Of a DNA stretch of 64,000 nt, positions 27,007 through 40,017 are shown piece after piece; within the stretch, counting starts at the first letter, position 1; each line of letters begins with the position of its first letter. The notes beneath the pieces are model-generated. The model ran no database searches and was not told the origin of the DNA. It was given only the letters and a program-made list of their open reading frames with translations. Source of the stretch: Ruditapes philippinarum (lineage: Eukaryota). Where the stretch lies: NCBI RefSeq assembly GCF_026571515.1, contig NW_026861275.1, positions 1-64,000 on the forward strand, in the 5' to 3' direction. Position numbers and translations under genes: made by a program.

Positions 27007-28720
27007 TTATACCCCCGCACAACAAAGTTGTAAGGGGGGTATACTGGAATCAGGTTGTCCGGCTGTACGTCGGTTTCTTCTTGTCCGCCCAATAACTAAA
27101 GATTCCTTTGACCCTTAGTCTTCATATTTGGCATGGAGGTTAGTCATGATAAGTAGATGACCCCTATTGATTTTGAGGTCACCAGGTCAAAGGTCAAGGT
27201 CACAGGGGCCTTGACTTCAAAAAGCTTGTCTGCCCAATAACTTAATATTCCTTTGACCCATAGTCTTCATATTTGACATTGAGGTTAGTCATGATCTAGT
27301 AGATGACCCCTATTGACTTTGAGGTCACCAGGTCAAAGGTCAAGGTCACAGGGGCCTTGACTTCAAAAAGCTTGGCCACTCAGATTCCTTTGACCCACAG
27401 TCTTCATATTTGGCATGGAGGTTAGTCATGATTGGTAGATGACCCCTATTGACTTTGAGGTCACCAGGTCAAAGGTCAAGGTCACAGGGGCCTCTACTTC
27501 AAAAAGCTTGTCCGCCAAATAACTTAATATTCCTTTGACCCACAGTCTTCATATTTGGCATGGAGGTTAGTCATGATTAGTAGATGACCCCTATTTACTT
27601 TGAGATCACCAGGTCAAAGGTAAAGGTCACAGGGGCCTTGACTTCAAAAAGCTTGTCTGCCCAATAACTTAATATTCCTTTGACCCATAGTCTTCATATT
27701 TGACATTGAGGTTAGTCATGATTAGTAGATGACCCCTATTGACTTTGAGGTCACCAGGTCAAAGGTCAAGGTCACAGGGGCCTTGACTTCAAAAAGCTTG
27801 GCCACTCAGATTCCTTTGACCCACAGTCTTCATATTTGGCATGGAGGTTAGTCATGATTGGTAGATGACCCCTATTGACTTTGAGGTCACCAGGTCAAAG
27901 GTCAAGGTCACAGGGGCCTCTACTTCAAAAAGCTTGTCCGCCAAATAACTTAATATTCCTTTGACCCACAGTCTTCATATTTGGCATGGAGGTTAGTCAT
28001 GATTAGTAGATGACCCCTATTTACTTTGAGATCACCAGGTCAAAGGTAAAGGTCACAGGGGCCTTGACTTCAAAAAGCTTGTCTGCCCAATAACTTAATA
28101 TTCCTTTGACCCATAGTCTTCATATTTGGCATGGAGGTTAGTCATGATTAGTTGATGACCCCTTTTGATTTTGAGGTCAAAGGTAAAGGTCACAGGGGCC
28201 TTGACTTCAAAAAGCTTGTCCGCCCAATAACTGTAGATTCCTTTGACCCACAGTCTTCATATTTGGAATTGAGGTTAGTCATGATTAGTAGATGACCCCT
28301 TTTGATTTTGAGGTCACTGGATCAAAGGTCAAGGTCACAAACACTTTGACTTCAAAAAGTTTGTCCACCCATTAACTTACGATTCCTTTGACCCTCAGTC
28401 TTCATATTTGGCATGGATGTTGATCATGACCATAAGGTGACCCCTATTGACTTTGAGGTCACTGGGTCAAAGGTCAAGGTCACAGGGACCTTGACAAAAA
28501 AAAGCTTTTCTTCTCAATTGCTAAAGAATGCCTGTTTGCAGTGTATTGATTTTGACATTTTCGCATTTGAAGCATGTAGAATACATAACTTAGCATTGCA
28601 ATGGCTTAGTAACCTCAGATTTGGCAGGGAGGTTGTCCCTGAGCTCTAAATGGCCACTGTTGATTCTGACAAAGTGGTATGCGGGGGTATTCAAGCCATG
28701 ATAGTGGCAGTTCAAGTTTT
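27007..28720 (+). mobile_element. Helentron/HINE-like non-autonomous element carrying a ~145-bp tandem array (10 units)
   Basis: Subterminal inverted pair ATACCCCCGCA / TGCGGGGGTAT, 3' hairpin GCCA.GATAGTGGC and a T-run. GACCCCT anchors at 27159, 27305, 27441, 27586, 27731, 27867, 28012, 28157, 28294, 28439. Confidence 0.75.
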
Positions 28721-31700
28721 CTTAGACAATTAAGCATGTTTTATATTCATTTTATTTAGTGAAATTCTATAATACAAATATAAGAAATCTATTTTTTTTT
28801 CATAAACAAGTAGACTAAGAAATGTGCAATATTTAATAAAAAGTTATTTCTGATCTCTGTATAGTACGATCTGTCGGTCATTAAAGATATGCTATGTTTA
28901 TCTTTGAGTAAAATAAACTTTCATTGTATAAATGTATTGACATCTATGAAATTCTTGATAAGTAAATCTTATTTCAATAAAAGAATATAGAAACTGTGTA
29001 AGGGGAGCTACATTGCCTATTATGGGTCAAGTAAAGATGGTTCTAAAAAAATTGCAAGTTTTTTAATTATTAATGGCACTATATATTCATATTATGACCA
29101 CCCATAGTGTGTATAGTATGAACATAACATATATATTTTGTGTGAAGTCAAAACACGTTAATTTTATGTATAAGTAGAGACGGTGTAGTAATTATGAATA
29201 TTTTCAAGTTTAAGATTTGAGCATAGTACATCTGCAACTGACTTTTAAAACAGATGCTTATCAAATATCACTTGGGACTTGAATTCTATTATTTGAGGAA
29301 ACACTAATATCTTGTGTCAAGTTATGGTAAACCTATCTGTAGACATACAAGAGTAACCATAACTTGACACAAGATATTAGTGTAGACATACAGTTGCTGA
29401 TAGGGACTTTGAGTCTATAAAGAGATATGTTGTTTTGTTTTGTTAATTGTTTTAACAATGTAAATCATGAAGTTAGACAAAGAAGCCCAAAGGGTACAGA
29501 TCAATGTTATGTAAATCATGAATCATTTTGTTTACAACACATTTATGATGCTGTAAATTGCAATGTATTAATTTTTGAAAAGCAAAATAAAATTGATATG
29601 AATTTATGTCAATGTTTGCTGATTTCTTGGCCATAAAATTTTTGAGAAAGGGCTGATCCCCCAAGAGCAACAAAATAAAAGGTGAAAATTGCAGAATAGG
29701 TTCGGTTAGGTTGAGTCTGTTCATTGGAGATATGAAAATTGTGACATATGTGGTGTTCCCGGAGGAAAATATACATAAATGTATACTAAAAATGGGAAGT
29801 ATGGGACAACCACTTACAAAGCTTAATAAACCAATAAATCGAAACAACTAATCGTTTAAAGGTAATCATCTCCTGAATCAATGTCTATCACAACTAAATT
29901 TGTTTACAATATCCATAGATGGTCTTCTTTTTAAAGTTTTGTTCACATTAGTTGGACCGATTTAAAGGTCAAGCGAATTAAATATTTTAATAAATTCCTA
30001 TCAAGCAATGGCTGAATTATAAATTAAAATTGAAGATTACTATTGCATGTGAAAAAAAACCAAACAACCAAATTTAAGTGACGTGATTTGACATAATGGG
30101 ACCGAAAATATTTTTCTTAACATTTATGTACCATTTGATGTAGGTCAGGACCAATAATTTGTGTGCAAATTTTCAGATTATAAGCTCATTCCGTTTTTTC
30201 AGAAGTTTTTTAATGGTAGAAAAAAGTGCATGGGTACAAGTTTTAAGGCATTTGCCTGAATATTAAAGATTTTTCTAGTCTTAAAAGCTCTTTTTTGCTA
30301 TACAATGTATAAAGCCAATTGAAATAACACTTGATTCAAGATTTTCTGATACTTTTAACTTGCACCCATGAACGTGATACGCGTTAAATACTTTTGACAC
30401 GAGCCAAGCATCACATGAAAAAAAGCTTCTTTTCTGATGATATATCTTTATCATAACATATCCAGTTTAAATGCCCTGGTTAGTATATGTAAGAAATTCA
30501 ATTTTTATGTTATGAGGTTGTTTGAGTTTGATGTTTCTTTGACGGTATTGGACAAATGTCAATTAACTTCTTGAAGTTTTTGTACACAAATCTCACAGGA
30601 ATCTTTATCTGTTTTCTACACGATAGAGCCTTTTGAAAATATGATCATTGTTTCCGAACTTTATTATTATCAATATATGATTTAACATAACACGGCTTTG
30701 ATAGCTCGAATAAGCTCTGGTAGGTCAGAAAGAACGATCAAAGTGAGGATTACGGAACAGAAGACAACACCTATTGTTCCAACAACTTTTGCTGAGTCAC
30801 GTTTGTCGTCAACACTTACTAATTTCCGTTCATTTACAGTAGTTGTCTTGGAATTGACTGTTAATTCTATCAACGCCTCCTCTATTTCTTCTTCAACTTC
30901 TTGAGTTGTTTTATTTGTACTAGTAAGACCAGCAATAAGTTTAGCTTGTTCACACGAACATGGACACCATACGGGTATTATAGAAGATGCGGTAATCGAA
31001 GATGCCGTTGTTTTAGTAGAGAGATCAATTGAACTTCGTAAATATTTTGTAGGTTTTAAAGTTTCACTTGTCAATTGGTTCGATGACCTCAATAAGTTGG
31101 ACGGATATGGAGTTTTAGTTGTAGATATATCAGCTATACTGAACGCAGCTTTAGAAGAAATTATGAGCTTGCTTCCTGAAACGGGTCTATTTATCGAAGA
31201 AGATAAATATGCCACTGAAACGTTGAAAGTTTTAAGCATTAATATTGGCGAACATTAACAACAATGACGAAAATATGGATTAGATAAAATTCAGGTTTAT
31301 CTAAAAATAAAGCACCCTAAAAGAAATAGAAACGAACCTTAGATTCTATATCTCTTTACATCAAGGATATTATAACTAATAAAATTATAATATTTAACGA
31401 TTATTTCTAAAGAAAGTTGTTATGATTTATTCAAATAAAATAGTTAAAAATTAAAAGGTATTTTACTTCCGTAATACAGGAGAGTCGAATATTTTATTAT
31501 TTTCCTACAATTAACTGACAGCAAAATAAGAAGAGTAAAGACTATAATATTTTTGAAAGAAAATACCTGTGCTTGAAGTTGCGAATCTTGAGGAAATCCA
31601 AGATGCTAGTGCAGGTTTACTAGTTACTGATGGGTTTGAACCTGAAAGAATGAATATTCACAATGATACTGTTTGGAATAATGCTTGATTAGCTTGAATA

Positions 31701-34700
31701 TAGTTGAATAATGCGTAATATAGAGCAATAATGCTTTAATGTAGATGAATAAGGCGTAATATGGAATAGGCATTGTTGTATAACAAATTTTCACACTCAC
31801 CATGACCATGTTATCAACATAGAAACAAAAAAATCAAAACTTAACTTAAAAAATACAAGTAGATTTCAGGATATATTATGTATTCGATAATTTAATTAAT
31901 CTTAACTTCTTGTAATAAGAAAAAAAAGTTTTGTTACTTTGATATAAGAAATTGGTATTTACGATCAGTAGTACAAGTCTGTTGTATAGGAGAGCGAGAT
32001 GAAGTTGTTGACTCACTCAGTATGTAGGTTTTTGTAAATATTGATGTTGCTAAATATGCTGTCTTTGAATGAGAAGAAATAAGGGAATTTGGTAAAAGAC
32101 GAACGCAGGAAGATGGAGAAACGCCGGCATTTGTTGTTGATGCAAAATTTTCTGATGACGCAATTTGAGTAACACCAGAAGACTTTGCTGATCGCGACAA
32201 TATTGATTGATAAGATCCATATGATAAAGTTGAAGGCGATACATTAGATAATGTAGGTATAGAACTGGTGCCATATAATGGCGTTGATTCAAAAGCAGTA
32301 GAATACGATGTTAACTGTGGAGCAAAAGAAGATGTCGATTTTGTATTACTCGAAGACGTTTCTGATTGTAGAACAATAGATGATGTTTTCAAGTGAGAAC
32401 GGAGAGGAGAATGTATTGCAGACTGAGGCACGTCAAAAGATGTTGATAAATAGGGAAGGCTAGAACGTGTTGACACATTCTGTAGGTCAAAAGATGTTGG
32501 TAAATAGGAAACGGTAGTTGATGCTGCCAAGCGTGGTCTTTCAGATGATTTTGTTGAATATTGAACGCTTGAAGATGTTTCCAAAATACTGCCGTCAAAA
32601 GATGCTGATAGATACTGAACGATAGTGGATGTTGGCAGATGCTGTTTGGCAGTGCTGGAATATGTTTCCGACTGATGCAGTCCAGGAGATGTTGCTAAAA
32701 AGGGTACGCTTAAAGATAAAGCGAAATTAGGAACGACGGACGATGTTGTTGAACTCAGACTGCTTGACGATGTTCCCATATCAGAAGTGTCAGACGATGA
32801 TTTCAAATTTGGAACGCTTGAAGATGTTGACGTATGAGACACTTCTAAAAATGTTATAAGATATGGAACGCTTGTGGATATTGGCCAATGTGGTTCGCTA
32901 GACGACGTGGTTAAATTGGGAATACTTGAATATGCTGATAAATGATTTATGTCAGAAGATGTTACTAGAGAGTGAACATTTGAAGACGTTGCCAAATATG
33001 GTATAGTTGACGACGTAGCAAGATAAGGAACGCTGGACGATGTTCCAAAGTGTTGTTTGTCAGAAGAAGTTGCCGAATATGGTGTGACTAATGACGCAGT
33101 TATATAAGGAATGCTAGATAATGTTACCAAATCTTCATCAGAAGATGTTACCAAATATGGTATGGCTGATGACGTAGTTATATAAGGAATGCTAGAAGAT
33201 GTTCCAAAATGAGGTTCGTCAAAAGATGTTGCCAAATAAGGTATGACTGATGACGTAGTTAGGTAAAGAATGCTAGAAGATGTTCCTAAATGAGGTTCGT
33301 CGGATAATGTTGCCACATGAGGTTCGTCAGAATATGTTATCAAATCAGGAACGCGAGAGAATTTTGACAATAAATGTTCGTCAGATGATATTGTCAAATA
33401 ATTACAGCATGAAGATGTTGATAATTGAGGTTCGTCAGAAGATGTTGTCAAATGAAATATGTTAGATGTCGTCAAGTACTGGACGTTAGAAGATGTCAAT
33501 GTCGAAGTGCTAGTTGATGTCACTAATATATTACTGGTAGCAAAGGACACTAAATGAAGCAGATTAGAAGATTTTGTTGTATAAACGTCACTAGCTGTCA
33601 AATCAGATGGTGCAGAAAATGTAACTAGTTGGGGTGTAACGGATAAACTAGAATATATAGGTATATTTGATTGAGACACTTCATGCAGACTTGAAAACAC
33701 TGACAAAATATATAAACCTGAAGCTGTTGATTTTGTTTGAAAAACTGATGATGATTCGCTCAATCCGACTTCATTCGTAGAAGTGTACAAAACTGAAGAT
33801 TGGAGGATAAATGGTGAAGATGTAATCGTATTTAAGGTTTCGCCGACAAGGTTTGATGTTAACAAGTAGTTTATATCCATTGAAGTAGATATAACAATCT
33901 TTTTGGAAAGTGACGGCATCAATAAAGTCAAAATGTTAGAAAACGGGGGTTTTTGGTAAAAAAATGTTGATATTTTTCAGTTTTTTAATGTTGTGGGTTT
34001 AAAAAGGGTTTTTCCCTTTATTTAGCGTGCAATTCCAAAAAACTAAAATAATATTTTTTTTTATTTTCTTTTAAAAAAATGTGAAAAACGTTTTTTCTTT
34101 TTATTTCATGTTAAAAAGAATTTCAAGTAAATTTAATTAATTTAAAAAACAGGGTTTAATTTTCCTAAATCCTTTTAAATAAGAGGGTTCCCTTTAACTA
34201 CACACTCACCCAAAACAAAAGGAAACATTTTATGTTATAGGATTAATCATTACACGAAATTTGTTACTTAAATTCAACACTTATTAAATAAATCTATTTG
34301 TCCATAGGGGGTTATTAATTTTTTAAAGGAGTTATTTAAAATTTAAAGTGAATTTAAAACTCATTTTTTATTTCATTTTTTGTAAAAATGATTTGATATA
34401 AAGGGCCAAAAATTTTTTTTGACATTGGATATTTTAAAAATTCAATAAAAATAAACTAAAAAAAATTATTTAAAAAACGGGCATCAATATAAAGAAATTT
34501 TTAAAAAGGGGGCACATAAAATTTTAAACATGAAAAAGAAAGAATTCTCAATTTCTAACGTTATTTGTGCATTATAGAAATTCTTTTATTACCGGAAACA
34601 ACTACTTCACAAAATGATAATGTGTCTTCATTTCCGCCATGTTTTGATATACGGATATAATTTCCAAAAACCGGCGTACTACAGTTTACGACAACACTTG

Positions 34701-35139
34701 TTCCTGGCTCTAGTTCAATAGAAATGTAGGAACAATTCTGTTTCCCAGCATTCCAAGCAATTTGCCATCCTTCGTCACCGAAGTTTTCTAAGACATCAGC
34801 AACCCAACAAAAAATTTTTCTAATTTTTAAATTTTTCCGCTGAAAAATCACAAACAAAGCTTATTTTCTTTTTCAAAAAAAATTTTTTTTTGAAGCACCT
34901 CAATAAATCGTTAAAAAGGGCAAAAATCCGACACATTTTAAAAATTTTTAAATTTTTTAGAAAGCGAGTTTTAGAACATGGTTTTTTGTTTTCTTGATTA
35001 TATTTTTCCATTTTTTTAAAAACGTAAAACCCTGATTTTAACATATCTCCCCAAAATTTTTGTAACCTTCCAATATGTAGCTTTACAATGGTACGTATAA
35101 CATTTATCCATGGATCTTTTTTTTTTGCACACAAAAGCT

Positions 35140-35290
35140 CCCCAGGGACTGCACTGGTAGTAGCGGAGATCTGAGTAGAACCACCATGACCACCGACCTT
35201 TAGTAAACTAATTCCATAACTTCTTCATACCGTAAGCTGCAAGGACCAAGCGATTTGAATTCAGCGACCTTAACCATTTGGTCATGGATA
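35140..35290 (-). mobile_element. tRNA-derived SINE remnant
   Basis: GACCACCGACCTT…CAAGCGATTTGAATTCAGCGACCTTAACCATTTGGTCATGG resembles the reverse complement of a tRNA-like SINE head; similar to 41285-41425. Confidence 0.5.
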
Positions 35291-35305
35291 CCATATGAAC
35301 ATGTT

Positions 35306-37907
35306 CACAGCGTACACTCCATCGTCCACAGTGACTTCCGCTTGCGAGCGAAATATACACCGTAAAACGCAGAACAAGGCTGAAAAACAGGTAAAACATG
35401 TCAAAATAAATAAATCATTGGTTTATTTTACTTATATGTGTGGTACTGACATAAACTAAATTATTCATAATCAATATTCTAATGTGCAAGCATATATTTT
35501 CAGACAAAAATGCGGTTTTCTCACTCAGATTTCTCGAAAAAAATCAAAATTGTTTTGCATCAAACCGACGATTTCAAAGCTTTTAACCTAATATTTGAAC
35601 AAATCTTTTTGATGCTATCGAGAATTATGTTCTAAGCACCAGAAAATTAAAAACTGTTATTTGTAAACGTCTTGGTTGCGAAAGTATTGACAATAAATTA
35701 GCAACTGTTGATGTTCCCTCACTGTACGGTTGCTTGCTACCTCTCTGTACGGTTGCTTATGAGGACTTGAAAAAAAACTGTACGGTTGCCTGGGAGCAAG
35801 CTACAAATTTTGTTACAATTAAAAACACAATTCTTGAACAGTTGGCCCATTTTAAAGGTAACAATGGCATTGGCCATGCATTTAAACCAAAATAAAAGTA
35901 AATGTGGGTTTAATAACTAATGTATGTCAAACTTTGTGATGGTAAATTGAGACTCTAATATATACTTTAAGTGATTGAATTTAACTGCAGTTAACGTACA
36001 TGCATGTTTACATGACATGATGTTCAATGTATATTTAACGTTATTGTAACTTCTCTTTTTTGTAGGTTAATGCTAATCATGTACACATATATGTGCATCT
36101 ATTGTGATTTAGAGTGTAAACAGTTTTGTGAATTAATAGATCATGTGATTATAAGACATCCTGACGAGAACCTGAAAATAAGAATTATATTATCAGAGGG
36201 GCAAAGTGTCAAGTCATAGCGATTTGACTGATTACTACTTTAGAATGTAAAATAAAAAGAAATAAAGTTAATGATTTTTATTATGTTTGGCTCTGTATGC
36301 CTATAGAGCACTGCTTTTTTGCTTTTTTTCTATTGCAGCAACAATATACTTTGAGAGCAAAGCGTAACATGCGCTAAAAGGAAAAGCGGAGAAATATCAC
36401 AACCGGCATTGTCAGGAACGAGGAGTTCAACCTGTGCGAGAATATCATAGATTAAATGAAAATATTGATAACCGCAAGAAAAAAGATACGGTGGTTTGTC
36501 GGACATCTAATAATGACATACTGACAAAACTGTGCACTGACAATATTTTAATAAGTGTTTAAAAGAGTGAAACTATCTACGGAGTTTATTGAACGAGTGA
36601 TGCAAAGGACTTTCTCCACAAGCAGAAAATGTGTCATGACTATGCTTTCACAGTAAACTATTTGAAGTCTAACTTAACTACGGTAGTTCTGAAAAATGAT
36701 ATGGATACAAGAATAATATTTTGACCTCAGTGAGTTAGAAGATACTTAGATAGTAGGGTGCTGTTTTATCAAGACATCGGTTGAAACCTGACTAGCTCAT
36801 AGTTTACAAGATGGTACAATTAGCTATAATTTTTCCAAACATGTATAGGAAAATTTCATTGGGGCTTGAAAGCTGTTCATTTCTTAAGGCATATGGACAT
36901 TTCAAACGGAATGTAAAAAGTTTGATAATGGACAACACCAATCTCCTACGCAGTGATCTCCCCTTACAGGATTGGCCTAGCGTAACCTAAACCTCTTCTC
37001 ACTGGTGTCCCCGATAAATGTACCTACCGCTAACGGTGGGTCAATAGCGATTACCGTAGCGTAACCGGTGCACGGAGTTTGGGACAACAAGACAAAGATA
37101 AACCAGTGTGTCATGTTACAACCTAAGTTTTACATATTACTACAAAATGAGTCTTGCTGAAAATAAAAAAAAGTCATGCTTATATTATCAAAATAGTTTA
37201 TTATTATTTAGAATTATTAAAGACATTAGAAAATGGTAAAAATGAATAAGTAAATGAATCACAGAAAATCAGATATGATCACAGTCTTAAAATAATGTCG
37301 AGTGTATCTGCTCAGCAATAACAAAATAAAATTAAAAAATATAAACAATAACTGTACATGTATACACGATGCAGAGATGAACTTTCTGTTGTGTAAAATT
37401 CAAATGTCTAAAAATAATTGTGATAATAATGAACAAGTTAACAAATTTATTGAGATCAGTAACATATACGCCGGTAAAGAGATGCTATATGTTTTATATG
37501 CTCTTTGAAAAATCAAAATAATTAACCATCTCTGCAACTATTTTAACATTGTATTTAGACGATATATAATGCCAATAAGCTCGCAAGCAACAGTTCAGTG
37601 ACCTCGCAAGCAACTGGACGAATTGTTTTTCAGATTTAGCAAGCAACCGTACAATGAGTAAACTTCACCAGTGCCAGTTTATTGTCAATATTTTCTTAAC
37701 CGATGTGTTCAAAACGGGTATTTCTTTTTTATTTGGTGCTAAAATAGTAGATCTTCAAAGCATTAAGTGGATTTGGTCGTATATTACATGGTAAGCTTTA
37801 AAAATCGTATTGAAATATGGTACCTGTTTTTCTCTCTACGGTGGCGTTTTCCGTGTACAGCTCGCTCGCAAGCGGAAGTTACCGTGGACGATGGAGTGTA
37901 CGCTGTG
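35306..37907. mobile_element. Non-autonomous Transib/RAG-like DNA transposon (CACAG termini, 5-bp TSD)
   Basis: TIR CACAGCGTACACTCCATCGTCCAC(A/G)GT(G/A)ACTTCCGCTTGCGAGCGA at both ends; TSD ATGTT at 35301-35305 and 37908-37912; further imperfect subterminal inverted homology; no recognisable transposase ORF. Confidence 0.75.
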
Positions 37908-38784
37908 ATGTTTTAAACATTCGCGACAATTTTGCACGAAGCGTTACAAAAGTAGATTGGTCTTAACTTGTTACTTCTACATTTTCGAAATTTTTTTTTA
38001 CAAATGGTGCATATAATAAATCACTTACGGCATGTTTTACATGACTCTGGTTTTGTAATAGTAACGGAAGAAACCGGATAACTATTGTCAAGTTGAACTT
38101 GCCACCAGGGGTCCTCCTCATTTACCGTTTGTGCGCATGAACCGGAAATAGATCCTGATCCCAATTTTTGGGCCCATCAACTGCTTTTTTCAAGCCGAGA
38201 ATGGACAAATTCCCCGTTAAAAACCGAAATAAATTTTTTTCAATGAAGGTTCTGGGGAATGAAAAACCCAAAAATGAAAGAATAAAATTGTTTTTTAATA
38301 CAGTTTTTTTTAATAGATAAAAAAAGGGGTATTTAAATGTCATTCTGTTTTGTGTAAATTAAATTTCAATTTCGGGAAAAAAAAGAAATCACAGAAAGAA
38401 ACAGTATCCCCAAAGCAAAAAACCCTTAAAAGTTGAAATTTTTTATAAAAAAAAGGGGCAGAAATTTCCCCGTTCCCAAATGAATACACAGCCGGTGTGT
38501 AAGAATCAATTGATTCGGGATTTCTTTGCTTGGTGTCATCTAATATTATCAGAGCGGCAACAATTTGTCCTTGCTTGGTGTCACCCAATATTGCTAGAAC
38601 GGCAACAATGTGTACATGTAGAAGCTATAACAATATTAACAATAAACACATACCCTTGATAAGTACTTGACTGCCATACATCTAAAACCGGAAGTGATGA
38701 TGTCACGCATTGATTGCCCAGGCCTGAAAGATCACGAGATAGATAGTGGTTGTGATTGTCAATATTATTATGATTTTCATTTGA

Positions 38785-38972
38785 TGGAAATAATGATGAT
38801 GATGAAAAAAAGGGAAAAGGTGATGATGAGGATGATGATAAAAAAAATGATGACGATTATGATAATGGTGAATTGATGATGATTATGTTGATGATGGTGA
38901 TGATGAATTGGTGATGATGATGAACTGATGATAATGATGTTGTTGTTGTTGATGATGATGATGTTGGTGATG
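38785..38972. repeat. Imperfect (GAT)n microsatellite
   Basis: Runs of GATGATGAT and GTTGTT. Confidence 0.8.
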
Positions 38973-39848
38973 GAAAATAAAAGGAAAAAGTTTTGGTGAA
39001 AAACGACGATGGTTTTAAAGGGCTTTTTGAAGATTGTCAAGGAAAAAGTTACCTTTACAAAAACCAAAAAATTTGCAAAAAAGTTGAAATTTCCCAAAAA
39101 TTCCAAATATCAAAGGTTTTCATATCTTATTCTTTACCGTTCTTTGAACAACTTATTGCTACTTTTCTAGTTACTGTCTCGTTAAACACTGCAGAATTTT
39201 AATGCAGCCAATTAGTCGATAAAGACAAAGTGTCTTCTCGGTCCTTTAATGTTTACCGGTGCAAACCAATAAGATTAATGCTATCTATAATTGATTAAGA
39301 AGATTTTTATAACTTTCTTTCAAGTCGTAGAATAGGAATCAATGTTGCTCTGTTTATCATTAAAACAATAAAAATGAAGTTAAAACGATTTGTTAAATGA
39401 AAGCTTCCTGCAATTTCATTAGAAAGATAACTCCTTTTTACAATTGTGACCTTACAAATAATTCACAATTCAGATAAAAACGCCACTAGATTGCTTTGAT
39501 AAAAAGTTCTATTTTGGAAGATAAATACATTTTTAAAGAGAAAAGTTTCACGAAATTGATTAAAATTTATCAACCGAAAATGGACCATCGAATTAGAAGT
39601 TAACATGTAAAAGACTGATTAGAAGAAACAAACTAATCAAACTGCTGTGGAATAAAGATACCTTTTTTTAATTTGTCATATCTACTTATTTTGATAGTAA
39701 GCCATTAAAGTAATAAATTTGTTATTGAATTGGTTAAAATAAAACATTTTGCCATAATTGTGTTTAATTCTATGTTTAACTATGAAAAAATTATCAATAA
39801 CCCGCGTGACCCATAAAAATGTCTATATATATATCGTTCTTAAAAAAT

Positions 39849-40017
39849 GAGCCGTGCCATGACAAAACCAACATAATGGGTTTGCGACCAGCATGTATCC
39901 AGACCAGCCTGCGCATCCGCGCAGTCTGATCAGGATCGATGCTGTTCGCTATCAGTTTCTCTACTTGTTCCATGCTGGTCGCAAACCCATTATGTTGGTT
40001 TTGTCATGGCACGGCTC
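39849..40017. mobile_element. Sola-like MITE, internally deleted copy
   Basis: AAAT|GAGCCGTGCCATGACAAAACC…GGTTTTGTCATGGCACGGCTC|AAAT. Confidence 0.8.

Larger units (their letters stand above)
30682..38681 (-). pseudogene. F-type-lectin-domain, Ser/Thr-rich single-pass membrane mucin; apparently disrupted (or mis-assembled)
   Basis: Approximate exons: 38681-~38470 (signal-like MCLLLILL*LLHVHIVAVLA, TAG at 38627-38625); ~38240-38029 (KAVDG…SGSCAQTVNEEDPWWQVQLDNSYPVSSVTIT, frameshifted); ~34802-34593 (CSTPVFGNYIRI…LSFCEVVVSG); ~33940-31963 (S/T-rich); 31641-31567; 31300-30682 (CPCSC…ELTVN…RKLVSVDDKRDSA + TM, frameshift at 5' end). Confidence 0.7.

Noticed and set aside
35306-35375. Canonical 12/23 RSS nonamer (ACAAAAACC) in the CACAG element
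   Set aside because: Not present at 12 or 23 spacing; only an A-rich GTAAAACGC/GGAAAACGC further in.
36160-36180. CTGACGA…GAAA hammerhead-like core
   Set aside because: No convincing stem II or flanking helices.
38667-39202. Met/Ile/His-rich ORFs
   Set aside because: Microsatellite and low-accuracy sequence artefacts.
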